The notes: generated from the sequence alone by a model not told the origin. Positions 1 to 9,072 are shown, counted from the stretch's first letter. The stretch: 32,000 nt of DNA from Geotalea uraniireducens Rf4 (GCF_000016745.1 NC_009483.1:2820001-2852000); one strand, 5' to 3'. Numbers and translations: made by a program.

Positions 1-219
1 ACCAACCCTTTGACTCAGTGTGGAAATGCTGAATCGCATGACCAGTGGCAGAATCATAACCGCTATGCGCAGAATGTTTTCAGCCAGGGAAATCCAACCG
101 GGAATGTCCTTCCAGAACTGATCCGTCTTGTATGCGCTCGGAAGATAGCGCGCGAAAATAACGTTGAACACCAGAATTGGTAGCAACAGCCAGAAAGTGT
201 TTGCCAACAGTGACCTCAT
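1..219 (-). CDS. Membrane protein, first 73 codons only (gene runs off the window start)
   Basis: Absent from the ORF track because it has no stop in the window. The minus-strand ATG at 219-217 overlaps the TGA of ORF 216..617 as ATGA. The frame is open for all 73 codons to position 1: MRSLLANTFWLLLPILVFNVIFARYLPSAYKTDQFWKDIPGWISLAENILRIAVMILPLVMRFSISTLSQRVG. It has two hydrophobic helices. Confidence 0.5.
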   Translation of the reverse strand, partial: MRSLLANTFWLLLPILVFNVIFARYLPSAYKTDQFWKDIPGWISLAENILRIAVMILPLVMRFSISTLSQRVG

Positions 220-617
220 GAATTGCGTTGCTCCCTTTTGGCCCAGATGCATGACGGGATAAACGTGGCATATATCACGCCGTACAAAACGAACATCGGC
301 ATCAGCTTTGGCAGCGCTATGAATTGCGACATGGCGACAAGCACGGCGGCAATAGCCAGAATGCTCACGACAGGGAACAACGTAATCAGCAGAATGTCGG
401 CACGCTCAATCGGTTTCTTTTGCGCCCAGAACAACAGCACCGTCCAGCCGAGCATCAGCGCACCGGCAACACGTGAGACATAGAGATATACCGGGGATAT
501 CTCGAATGGCAGCGGTTGAAGCACGGAATTGGCAACCGTTGGTGAGAAGAGCAGCAGCGATGCCACAACATCGGCGACAATTCCGATCCAGTAGGAAGTG
601 ATCAGGAGTACTTTCAT
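216..617 (-). CDS. Small integral membrane protein (about 4 TM helices), function unknown
   Basis: 133-aa ORF with four long hydrophobic stretches (IGIVADVVASLLLF, VAGALMLGWTVLLFW, ILLITLFPVVSILAIAAVLVA, MPMFVLYGVIYATFI). It is translationally coupled (ATGA) to the next minus-strand ORF. Confidence 0.6.
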   Translation of the reverse strand: MKVLLITSYWIGIVADVVASLLLFSPTVANSVLQPLPFEISPVYLYVSRVAGALMLGWTVLLFWAQKKPIERADILLITLFPVVSILAIAAVLVAMSQFIALPKLMPMFVLYGVIYATFIPSCIWAKREQRNS

Positions 618-697
618 TGAACCTCTCGTTGCAGGCCTTCAGATGTTCAAATTCGTGCCGGAAAAACTATTTCGGTAGTGATAGATTCGCCCGTGTG

Positions 698-1609
698 TCA
701 GTAGTAGTTCAACGACTGGAATGAGCGGCGAATGGCCTTCCGGTGCGGACTGGCGTGATAGCCCATGATCAGGATGATCTTCGGCGAATTCCCCTCGGGA
801 AGCCCATATTTTTTCAACAAATCCCGTCGTCGCCCCACTACAGGAGCCGAGCAGCCGATCATACAGGTCCCCAGCCCCAGGGATTCGGCGGCAATCATGG
901 CATAGGTGCAGGCGATTATTGCATCAGCGCTGTCACAATAGGGTGAGGAATGAAACATGAGGGCCGCCGGCGCGTTGTAGAAAACATAGTCCGTCCCTCG
1001 TTCCTTGCCTTTGACCAGAATACGGCCCAGCGGCAGGATGAAGCTCTGGAACTGCTGCCAGACGCTTTTTTTCATGAACAGCCTGGAAAGCTGTTTCATG
1101 GCAGCGTTGTCGAACAGCTTCAAAAAACCCCGATACGAGTCGGCCGTGTCCCTTGCCAGTTCGGCGACCTTGTCCCGCCCATGAAAGACGGTCACGCCAA
1201 CCTCCCAGGGGGGTATCCCCATCGGTGCCGTAGCCGCAACTGCCAGCACTTGGTCGATCACCAGGCGCGGAACGTCATCCCCGGTAAATTTACGTATGCT
1301 CCGCCGTGCCAGCAGCAGCGCTGCCAACTGATCCGCATCCGCCCGGGATTCGAGCATGGGGAGATCGACAATATCGTCCGGATGCAGCCTGCGTCCCGTA
1401 ACGCTGATGCAATGTGCAGGGCAGACCATCATGCATTGACCACAGGCAATGCAACCGAACATGGCGGCATTGTCGATGGCGATCCCGGTGGCCGTTTGTG
1501 TCAGGACTTCGAGCGGGCAGATGGCTGCACACGCGCCGCATGCCGTGCAGGAGTTCCTGTCGATGACCGGATTGCCCGGCGCATCGCCGAGACTGGATAT
1601 GACACCCAT
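698..1609 (-). CDS. 4Fe-4S dicluster ferredoxin domain fused to a nitroreductase-family domain
   Basis: The N-terminus has two CxxCxxCxxxCP motifs (CTACGACAAICP, CIACGQCMMVCP). The rest resembles the nitroreductase fold (LLARRSIRKF...APMGIPPWE...GLGTCMIG). The 282-aa antisense ORF is a GC artefact. Confidence 0.85.
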   Translation of the reverse strand: MGVISSLGDAPGNPVIDRNSCTACGACAAICPLEVLTQTATGIAIDNAAMFGCIACGQCMMVCPAHCISVTGRRLHPDDIVDLPMLESRADADQLAALLLARRSIRKFTGDDVPRLVIDQVLAVAATAPMGIPPWEVGVTVFHGRDKVAELARDTADSYRGFLKLFDNAAMKQLSRLFMKKSVWQQFQSFILPLGRILVKGKERGTDYVFYNAPAALMFHSSPYCDSADAIIACTYAMIAAESLGLGTCMIGCSAPVVGRRRDLLKKYGLPEGNSPKIILIMGYHASPHRKAIRRSFQSLNYY

Positions 1610-2058
1610 ACGTTAACTCCTTTTGCATTCAATGATAAAAGATGCACTCAGCGGGGTCGTACCCATTCATTAGTATTCCCAGCGCGTAGTTTTCAAAGCG
1701 ATTGCCGACCACATCGACCAGAAGGTTCTGATCAATACTCAATCATTCGAGTTATCTCGTGTCAATACAATTTTCTACCCAAAAAACGTAGAAAATAACT
1801 TCTAACTTACTAAAGTGGTCATTACATGCCTTTTTGATCATGTCAGTTAGAGTCGTTGCCAGCTCTCCGATACAAATCGAACCATATGTTTTATTAGATG
1901 GTCACAATATCTTCTGGATGCCGGTCGCATTATCTTTTCCCATTAGTCACCACTATTTACATTTTATCTCACCTACAAGCGCTTTGTCGCAAACCTGATG
2001 CATAAGCATTTCGTTTGTGGCTATCCTTGATTAACATCGATCAAAGGGGGGCACAATC

Positions 2059-2718
2059 ATGCGTAACATTTCAATGAAAACAGTATGCATCGGCTTTCTG
2101 ATCACCTTGGCAGTTAACGGGCTGGTATTGGCGCAGGATCATCTTGAGGAGTTCGTAACCGCACAAAACCGGTTCGAGCATGGTCTCCGGGGCTCAAAGA
2201 GCGATAACGAACGGGCAGCAGAGCAATTCAAATCGTTGTCGGAACAGGAACAGGGGAATCCTCTTTTTCTGGCCTATTACGGCAGCACTTTCACCATCAG
2301 GTCCCGCGACGCCTTCATGCCATGGAACAAGTTGAAGCTTGGCGAGCAAGGTCTGGATATCATCGACAAGGCCCTCAGGATGCTTGCCCCTGAGCATGAC
2401 AAGGTCATGATGCGCGGGGTGCCGGTAAGCCTGGAGACAAGGCTGGTGGCGGTCAGCACCTTCCTCAAGGTTCCGGACAAGTATTTCCATCGCTTTGACG
2501 CGGGGCGGAGTTTGCTCACGGAGACGATGAAGAGCCGGCTATTCCAGGTTGCCCCCCCGCAGATCCAGGCCCGCTTCCACTTTCAAGCCGCATCCGTAGC
2601 GCAAAAGGAGCAAAAGAATGCTGAAGAGGCATGCCAACTCAAGCGCGTCCTCGAACTGGACCCGCAGGGGCGGGATGCGGATGCCGCTCGAGCCAGGCTG
2701 AAGGAGTTGGGGTTATGA
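2059..2718 (+). CDS. Exported helical (TPR-like) protein, first gene of the ABC/LolA-like module
   Basis: GGGGGG lies 7 nt upstream of ATG 2059. Signal peptide is MKTVCIGFLITLAVNGLVLA/QD. The body is helix-rich. Its stop overlaps the next start (ATGA at 2715-2718). Confidence 0.6.
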   Translation: MRNISMKTVCIGFLITLAVNGLVLAQDHLEEFVTAQNRFEHGLRGSKSDNERAAEQFKSLSEQEQGNPLFLAYYGSTFTIRSRDAFMPWNKLKLGEQGLDIIDKALRMLAPEHDKVMMRGVPVSLETRLVAVSTFLKVPDKYFHRFDAGRSLLTETMKSRLFQVAPPQIQARFHFQAASVAQKEQKNAEEACQLKRVLELDPQGRDADAARARLKELGL

Positions 2719-3410
2719 TCAGCACCATCAATGAACAGGCGGCCTGTCTGCTACGGCTTGACGGGGTGTCCAAGTCGTACTGGATGGGTCAGGCATACGT
2801 GCCGGCGGTGCGCGCGGTCACGTTGGCAGTCAGGTCAGGTGAATTTGCCGCACTCATGGGACCGTCCGGCAGCAGCAAGAGTACCCTGCTGAACATCTGC
2901 GGCCTGGTGGATCGCCCGGACACCGGCTATGTCAAGCTCGAAGGCGTGGAGATGGGGCGTCTCTCCCCGGAAGAATTGACCATGGTGCGCAGGGAAAAGA
3001 TCGGCTTCGTCTTTCAGGGATTCAACCTGGTTCCGGTCATGACGACCTTTGAAAACGTGGAGTATCCGTTGTTTCTCGCCAATGTGCCTGCAAAGGCGCG
3101 ACAGGAGCGGGTCCATGAGATGCTGGAACGGGTCGGTCTTGCCGAGCTGGAGCAGCGGCGCCCCGATGAGCTGTCCGGCGGCCAGCGGCAACGGGTGGCG
3201 ATTGCCCGGGCGCTGGTCAAGGTGCCGAAGCTGGTGATCGCCGATGAACCGACCGCCAATCTGGATAGCGTCACTGCCAACCAGATTGTCGAAGTGATGC
3301 ACGACCTGGGCCGCTTGAGCGGGACAACCTTTCTGATCGCGACGCACGATCCGCGCCTGACCGGACTGTGCGATCGAGTGATCACCATGAGCGACGGGGT
3401 GCTGCTATGA
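2715..3410 (+). CDS. ABC transporter ATP-binding protein (MacB/LolD-type)
   Basis: Walker A GPSGSSKST, signature LSGGQRQRVAIARAL, Walker B LVIADEPTANLD, H-loop ATHD. The track ORF starts at 2631, but ATG 2715 has AAGGAG 8 nt upstream and an ATGA overlap with the upstream stop. Confidence 0.9.
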   Translation: MISTINEQAACLLRLDGVSKSYWMGQAYVPAVRAVTLAVRSGEFAALMGPSGSSKSTLLNICGLVDRPDTGYVKLEGVEMGRLSPEELTMVRREKIGFVFQGFNLVPVMTTFENVEYPLFLANVPAKARQERVHEMLERVGLAELEQRRPDELSGGQRQRVAIARALVKVPKLVIADEPTANLDSVTANQIVEVMHDLGRLSGTTFLIATHDPRLTGLCDRVITMSDGVLL

Positions 3411-4627
3411 AATGGCTTGTCTTTGCCTGCAAGAATGTGCTGCGGAATCGGCGCCGTTCACTCATCACCGTCCTGATCGCGGCGGTCGGCACAGCCGGCG
3501 TGCTGGTAGGGGGCGGTTTTGCCCTGTTCACCTACGAGTCGCTGCGGGAGATGGCGGCGCGGGAGAACGGCCATCTCACCTTGGCGCACAAGAGTTACTT
3601 CGAGAGCGACGAAGATACCCCCATGCAGTATGGCTTGGCAGACTTCACGGCACTGAAGAGCCGCCTGGAGCAGGACAAGCGGGTACGCATGGCGCTTCCC
3701 CGCGTGCAGTTCTCGGGACTCCTCAGCAACGGTGACAAATCCTCGGTCTTCGTCGGTATGGGCGTTGATCCTGCGGGTGAATTCTACGCCAAGGGGCCGG
3801 CGATGCGGGTCGTTTCCGGCAGCACCCTGAGCCGCGGGCAGAAAACCGGCGCGGCCCCGGAAATCATGCTCGGGACAGAGCTGGCCCGGCAGATGAAAGC
3901 GGCGCCGGGCGCGGTACTGACACTGCTGTCAACCACCACCTCGGGAAGCCTCAATGTGCTGGATGTGGTGGTTCGCGGAATAATGACCGTCGGCGTTCCG
4001 GAAATAGACAAACGGCTGATATACGTCGATGTTCCCACTGCGCAACGGCTGCTTGTTACAGACAAGGTGAGCACACTGTCGGTGTATCTCCATGAGACCG
4101 CGCAGACGGACGAGATGCGAAAAGAGATCGCAGCCATGCTGCCGCAGTACAGCGTGCAGACCTGGCGCGACCAGGCATTTTACTATGTTGCGGTGCGCGG
4201 CCTCTACAACCGGATTTTCGGCCTGCTGGGGGCCGTGATCGTCGTCATGGTGGTATTTGCGGTATCGAACACCCTGGCCATGGCCGTTGTGGAGCGGACA
4301 CGGGAAATCGGCGCCCTGCGCGCCCTCGGGACCCTGCCATCGCAGATCGTGCGGGTCTTTGCCCTTGAGGGGCTGGTGCTCGGCGCAGCCGGCACAGCTC
4401 TCGGCATGCTGGCCGCCCTGTCCGCTTCCATCTTCTTCATGCTGGCCGATGTTCAGATGCCGCCGCCACCGGGCCGGTCGGTCGGCTATCCGTTGCAGAT
4501 CAACATCTCGCCCGAACTCTATCTGCTGACCACGCTCGTCATCATCGCGCTCTCCATTGCCGCGGCGTGGTTCGTCAGCAGGAAAATGGCGGCCAAACCG
4601 ATTGTGGAGGCACTGACCCATGTTTAA
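3407..4627 (+). CDS. ABC transporter permease, FtsX/LolCE-MacB family
   Basis: The N-terminus MKWLVFACKNVLRNRRRSLITVLIAAVG is the typical FtsX-family TM1. A large periplasmic domain follows, then three C-terminal TMs (ERTREIGALRALG motif). ATG 3407 overlaps the ATPase stop (ATGA). Confidence 0.85.
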   Translation: MKWLVFACKNVLRNRRRSLITVLIAAVGTAGVLVGGGFALFTYESLREMAARENGHLTLAHKSYFESDEDTPMQYGLADFTALKSRLEQDKRVRMALPRVQFSGLLSNGDKSSVFVGMGVDPAGEFYAKGPAMRVVSGSTLSRGQKTGAAPEIMLGTELARQMKAAPGAVLTLLSTTTSGSLNVLDVVVRGIMTVGVPEIDKRLIYVDVPTAQRLLVTDKVSTLSVYLHETAQTDEMRKEIAAMLPQYSVQTWRDQAFYYVAVRGLYNRIFGLLGAVIVVMVVFAVSNTLAMAVVERTREIGALRALGTLPSQIVRVFALEGLVLGAAGTALGMLAALSASIFFMLADVQMPPPPGRSVGYPLQINISPELYLLTTLVIIALSIAAAWFVSRKMAAKPIVEALTHV

Positions 4628-5354
4628 AAACCTACTTACAGGCACAGCGATCATCCTTTTCACGGCAATGGCGCAGGCCGCCGATGTCAAGACGCTCCTC
4701 AGGCAGGCGGACAGCTATCGCCTGGAATTCGACTCCATGCAGGTGGAGACCGAGGTACAACTGTTCAAGTCCGGCAAACTGGACAAGGAGCGGCTCTATG
4801 CAGTCTATCTCAAAGCCGGCCGCCGCTCCCTGGTGATCATGCAATCCCCCGGAGAGAAGGGGCAGAAGGTGCTGATGCTCGGCGACGCGTTCTGGCAGAT
4901 CATGCCCCAAAGCCAGCGGCCGATCCGGATCACACCGATGCAAAAGCTCCTGGGCGATGCCTCGGTGGGAGACATCGCGACCATGAACTGGAGTGAGGAT
5001 TACGACGGGATGGTTGCGGGAGAAGTCGTGGTGGGTGATATCCCCTGCCTGCACCTGACTCTCTCCGCACGAAGCAAGGGGGTGAGCTACCAACGGATCG
5101 AGCTCTATCTGGCGAAACAGGGGGCCAGACCGGTCAAGGCCGAACTGTATGTGGCTTCGGACCGGATCGCCAAACAGGCCACCTTTGCCGTCGAGCGTGT
5201 CCACGGTCGCCCCCGGGTGACCGCCATGACGATCACAGACCAGATTCAGATCGGACGAGAAACAGTCATCCGCTATCTGTCCCGGAAGCCACGGACCATC
5301 CCGGATGAGTATTACAACCCGATGTTCCTGACACGGAACGACATCAAGGAATGA
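4620..5354 (+). CDS. LolA-like outer-membrane lipoprotein-sorting / carrier protein
   Basis: Signal peptide MFKNLLTGTAIILFTAMAQA/AD. The body resembles the LolA_like family (..YAVYLKAGRRSLVIMQSPGEKGQKVLMLGDAFWQIMPQSQRPIRI..). GGAGG lies 9 nt upstream, and the start overlaps the permease stop by 8 nt. Confidence 0.75.
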   Translation: MFKNLLTGTAIILFTAMAQAADVKTLLRQADSYRLEFDSMQVETEVQLFKSGKLDKERLYAVYLKAGRRSLVIMQSPGEKGQKVLMLGDAFWQIMPQSQRPIRITPMQKLLGDASVGDIATMNWSEDYDGMVAGEVVVGDIPCLHLTLSARSKGVSYQRIELYLAKQGARPVKAELYVASDRIAKQATFAVERVHGRPRVTAMTITDQIQIGRETVIRYLSRKPRTIPDEYYNPMFLTRNDIKE

Positions 5355-6580
5355 AAGGTGTGCAGAGTAGTTCTTGTCATCCTGCTGGTTATGACCACGA
5401 ACCTGTACGCCGCCGAGGTTGCCGTCAAGTGCGGGCAATCCCGGAGCTCCACAGTCTCAATTCCGGCAGCCCATTCGCCCTCGGGGCGCCTCTGACCGAC
5501 TTCGGCAAGGATCGCTCCCGACAGGAGGTGGAACTGCGGGCCAGGCCATGGGACATCAATGTTGTCGCCACCGCCCGGGCGACTGTGCAGGAGCAGAGCA
5601 CGCCGGAGTACCGACTCACCATCAATGAACTGTACTACGACTTTTCGTTGCTGGGCGAACGCTTCGGCATCGGGAAAAAGATCCTCAGTTGGGATGTGGG
5701 CTTCGGATTCCGCCCTCTCGATGTTATTCAGCAGGAAAACCGTCGGGCGGTCTTTACCACGACCCTGGAGGGAGTGCCGTACCTTGCCTGGGAGAAATTC
5801 CATGGCGATGCGGCATGAATGCTCGTGTATGCCACCCCCGGCCGCGGCAAGGCCGGGATGCCACGCGATGACGAGTCGCTTGCCCTTAAATTCTATCAGC
5901 ATGAGGGAAACACCGATGTACATGCGATTGCGCGGCTGAGCGAACGCAATCATATCGAGGTCGGCAGCGCATTTACCAACGTGGCGGTGGAGAGTTTCGA
6001 GTGGCATGGCTCGCTGCTTTATCAGGAACAGTACGAGCGGTTGTACAATTCGCTGATCGGAACCACCGGCATGCCGATCAGCAGCAGCGATCCGATGACA
6101 AATCGTTTGGAGCGGCACGGCGTAAAGGCGCTTATCGGTTTCACCTGGACCGGACAGTCCGGGTTCTCGTTACTGGGAGAAGCATGGTATGACGCCGGTG
6201 CCTACTCGGCCGGTGAATGGCGGGCGGTGAAAAACCTTACCGAGCGGCAGGCCGCCCTGCTCGGGCAAGGCGTGCCGGAATCGGCGGTGCGGGGAAACAT
6301 TGCCTTCAGCACCCGCTATTTCGACCGGCCGAACCTGCTGCGCGAGAATCTGCTGTTACGGCTGTCCCATCGCCAGGAGGGGGGAAATCTCGAACCGGCA
6401 CTGGATATTCTCTGCACGCCTGCGGACGGGGGAGTGGTTGCCACGGCCTCCGTAGGGTACGAAGGTAACCGTTTTCGACTGGATGCCGGGGTTCGTCAGT
6501 TCGGCGGAGCGCGCAATTCCGCCTACCGCATGCTGCCGGATGAGAGGATCGTCTATTTTGCACTCCAGGGATTTTGGTAA
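5351..6580 (+). pseudogene. Outer-membrane beta-barrel protein of the export module, apparently disrupted (signal peptide out of frame plus in-frame TGA)
   Basis: Track ORFs 5351..5818 and 5819..6580 are in the same frame, separated only by TGA 5816-5818 (GCA TGA ATG). The sequence has alternating beta-strand character and an aromatic barrel terminus (..VYFALQGFW). A textbook signal peptide (GTG 5358 after AAGGA 5346-5350: M-CRVVLVILLVMTTNLYA/AEVAVK) sits in a different frame and stops at TGA 5493-5495. Confidence 0.5.
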
Positions 6581-6673
6581 TGCATGACACGTCTTCGGTT
6601 AGAGCTGCATGCTTGACAGTCGGCAACATGAAATTGGCTCTTGTATCCGTTGTATGATACTATTGGTAACCAT

Positions 6674-7777
6674 ATGACACAGCATACTAACCCATTGCAC
6701 CGTTCGGAGACGACCAGCAGACCCGGGCAGAACGGGGAACGATGCGTCTCGTTCACCCGTCTGATCAAGGACCTTGCCGTGGTTGTGCTCTTGATGCTGG
6801 TCCTTGCGGGACTACTGACCGCCTTGCTGGAACCGGGCTACCTGTTTCACCTGCGGTATACCCTTGCCATTGGCGTCTCAATCCTGCTGATATCCCATCT
6901 GTTGATGGCATGGCGCCGCACGAGCCACCTGGACTGGATGACTTCCGGCAGCGCCATCACCATGGGAACCGGCCTGGGCATTCTTCTCGGAACTCTTGCC
7001 AATGGGGCCGACCAACTTCTTCTGTTTGAAAAACATCCCAACCTGTTGGTGACAATACTGCTGGTTTCACTCGTCTTTGGCCCGGCAATCTCCTACTATT
7101 TTTACTCGCGCGGGGTTATTGCCGAAACAATGGCTGCGCTTCATCAGGAAGAGCTTGAGCGCATCTCCTCCGAACAGCGGCTGACCGAGGCCAATTTCAG
7201 GATGCTGCAGGCGCAGATAGAACCGCATTTTCTATTCAATACCCTTTCTAACATTCTCAGCCTGATCCGCACCAGACCGGATACTGCGGAGCAGATGCTG
7301 GGCAATTTCACCGATTATCTGCGCGCATCCCTGCAGCAGACCCGGGTCGACAGGATCAGCCTTCAGGAAGAACTGGCAATAGTTCGATCTTACCTCGATA
7401 TTATGACAGTACGGATGGAAAAACGACTGCAGTATCATATTGACGTACCGCCGGAATTGGATAACGTGATGGTGCCGCCACTGCTCATTCAGCCATTGGT
7501 GGAAAATGCCGTCAAACACGGCATAGAGCCGAAAGCTGAAGGTGGAGTAATCACCGTCCATGCGGAAAGGGAGAGCGACATGCTGATCCTGGAAGTCATC
7601 GACACCGGTGAGGGCATTTCTCCTTTAAGTTCCATGGGAGTGGGTATGACCAACATTCGTGATCGCTTGCAACTCCTTTACCAGGGGCGGGCGAGTTTAC
7701 AGGTAAGGGTAAGCGACCCGCAAGGCGTGACCGTAAGGCTGACCATTCTCCTGGATGCCGGGAATGCCCATGATTAG
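6674..7777 (+). CDS. LytS/YehU-type sensor histidine kinase
   Basis: The track start 6641 is TTG, and the first ATG is 6674. The protein has 4-5 N-terminal TM helices, then QIEPHFLFNTLSNI (His_kinase H-box), LIQPLVENAVKHG (N-box) and EVIDTGEG (G1). Confidence 0.85.
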   Translation: MTQHTNPLHRSETTSRPGQNGERCVSFTRLIKDLAVVVLLMLVLAGLLTALLEPGYLFHLRYTLAIGVSILLISHLLMAWRRTSHLDWMTSGSAITMGTGLGILLGTLANGADQLLLFEKHPNLLVTILLVSLVFGPAISYYFYSRGVIAETMAALHQEELERISSEQRLTEANFRMLQAQIEPHFLFNTLSNILSLIRTRPDTAEQMLGNFTDYLRASLQQTRVDRISLQEELAIVRSYLDIMTVRMEKRLQYHIDVPPELDNVMVPPLLIQPLVENAVKHGIEPKAEGGVITVHAERESDMLILEVIDTGEGISPLSSMGVGMTNIRDRLQLLYQGRASLQVRVSDPQGVTVRLTILLDAGNAHD

Positions 7778-8609
7778 CGCCTCCGGAAAGCGGCCGACCG
7801 CGATAATAGTCGATGATGAACCGCATCTGTGTGCGTTCTTGAAACGACAGCTCACCTCCTGTTGGCCGGAACTGGACATTCTGGCAGAGGCAAACAACGG
7901 GCCGGATGCGCTTCGTTTGATCGGGGAGCTGCATCCCGACGTGGCATTCCTGGATATACGGATGCCCGGGATCGATGGCCTGGATCTGGCGAGCCGGGTA
8001 GGAACGTTATGTCATGTCGTGTTCGTGACCGCCTATGATCAATATGCCATGCAGGCCTTCGAAAATGCGGCTGTCGACTATCTGCTCAAGCCGGTTGCCT
8101 TGGAGCGATTGAACAAAACCGTTAATCGATTGAAATCGCAACTATCCTCCGTCCCGCCGGATTTGTCGCCGCTGATTGCGAAACTGTCGGAACAGATCCG
8201 GCCCCAAAAACAGTACTTACAGTGGCTGCAGGTCTCGTCGCACAACGATATCGAGTTGATACCGGTTGATGAGGTGGAATTTTTTCAGGCATCGGATAAA
8301 TATACCCTGGTGGTAACCCGAAACACCGAACGGATAATGCGCAAGTCGCTGAAAGAGTTGGAAGAAGAGCTTGACCCGGAACGTTTTTGGAGGGTGCATC
8401 GCAATGCCATCGTCCGGGTGGCAGCGATAGCGCGAATTTCCCGTGATTTCAGAGGGCACCATGTCCTCCATCTCCACCAGGGTGGCCGTACCCTGGCTGT
8501 GGGGCGAAACTATTCTCATCTGTTCAGACAGATGAGACTTAAGCCTTCACCGTTAAGACCTAATACCCCCACTCATCGATCCGCCACGGGCCATCCGGTC
8601 GATCCCTGA
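7770..8609 (+). CDS. LytTR-family response regulator
   Basis: Receiver domain AIIVDDEP..VAFLDIRMPGIDG..VVFVTAY..DYLLKP. C-terminal LytTR domain (IELIPVDEVEFFQASDKYTLVVT..WRVHRNAIV). ATG 7770 overlaps the kinase stop TAG 7775-7777. ATGs at 7755 and 7764 are alternative starts. Confidence 0.9.
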   Translation: MISASGKRPTAIIVDDEPHLCAFLKRQLTSCWPELDILAEANNGPDALRLIGELHPDVAFLDIRMPGIDGLDLASRVGTLCHVVFVTAYDQYAMQAFENAAVDYLLKPVALERLNKTVNRLKSQLSSVPPDLSPLIAKLSEQIRPQKQYLQWLQVSSHNDIELIPVDEVEFFQASDKYTLVVTRNTERIMRKSLKELEEELDPERFWRVHRNAIVRVAAIARISRDFRGHHVLHLHQGGRTLAVGRNYSHLFRQMRLKPSPLRPNTPTHRSATGHPVDP

Positions 8610-9072
8610 CGAGGATGTACAGCCAAGGACCCACCCGCCCGCTGCCCAAGCTCCCACCTCTGGCCCGGATGTCAAATTCCGTTGTAAAGACCTTACGGGA
8701 GTCGAATGGGGTCATCTTTTCACGCACGCTGATGAGCCTAACTGAATCAAGCTTTTCGAACTCCCAGTCGATTCGAACGCCCGTCCTCCTCTCGTGCCAA
8801 CCCACAGAGCAGAGGGCCTCCATCGTGCGTGCGTCCTTCTCCGCCCAGGCTGCAAAGAACTTTCGGATGACTGCTTCTGGCTCAGCGGGCAGATAAGTAT
8901 GCGAATCAGCAGACGGAAACCCTACAGCCGATTGAACCGAAGCCATGGCTCGCTTCGACGCGTCGCCGAAGAACTGCCGAGAGTTTGTCTCGCGCGACAC
9001 CGTGCCACTCAGCAGCAGGGCGGCTACGAGTACTGCCAGAGCAATGACAATGCACGCCGAGAACCTGCGCAT
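8560..9072 (-). CDS. Membrane-anchored NTF2/SnoaL-like protein, function unknown
   Basis: ATG 9072 lies 5 nt after AGGAGG. Signal anchor is MRRFSACIVIALAVLVAALLL. The IRKFFAAWAEKDARTMEAL segment is typical of SnoaL-like folds. The track start 9144 has no RBS. Confidence 0.5.
   Translation of the reverse strand: MRRFSACIVIALAVLVAALLLSGTVSRETNSRQFFGDASKRAMASVQSAVGFPSADSHTYLPAEPEAVIRKFFAAWAEKDARTMEALCSVGWHERRTGVRIDWEFEKLDSVRLISVREKMTPFDSRKVFTTEFDIRARGGSLGSGRVGPWLYILVRDRPDGPWRIDEWGY

Noticed and set aside
950-1798. 282-aa plus-strand ORF (and 1290..1628 minus) overlapping the ferredoxin-nitroreductase gene
   Set aside because: It is antisense or out of frame to a gene with clear Fe-S and nitroreductase motifs. 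Its composition is Arg/Pro/Gly-rich and typical of GC-driven phantom ORFs, and it has no RBS.
2018-2031. Sigma54-like TGGC-N5-TTGA upstream of gene 2059
   Set aside because: The spacing between the GG and the TTG element is 2 nt too short relative to the TGGCAC-N5-TTGC consensus, and the -12 element is not GC.
1985-2035. GCAAACC followed by a hairpin, initially reminiscent of a second GEMM-I aptamer upstream of the export module
   Set aside because: The loop is AUAA (not GNRA). The downstream ACGCAAAGC and CCGGGCUGCC-type segments are absent, and no closing helix can be drawn.
2631-3406. Upstream track starts for the ABC ATPase (2631), the permease (3368), and similarly 6641, 9144, 10148, 10557, 12509, 14023, 18496, 20939, 22942
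   Set aside because: These are the longest-ORF starts, several on TTG or GTG. They lack an RBS or lie inside the preceding gene or promoter. Internal ATGs with SD sequences and ATGA coupling fit better.
5816-5818. In-frame TGA as a bona fide selenocysteine codon (primary explanation)
   Set aside because: A downstream hairpin with compatible spacing exists and is reported as an alternative in the findings. However, there is no redox-motif context, the protein is an outer-membrane barrel, and the same gene has a second frame lesion. A nonsense mutation is favoured.
3929-6118. Chain of long minus-strand ORFs (3929..4690, 4632..5438, 5312..6118) opposite the permease, LolA-like and barrel genes
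   Set aside because: The sequences are low-complexity and Arg/His/Gly-rich with no motifs. The plus-strand genes have strong family signatures and coupled starts.
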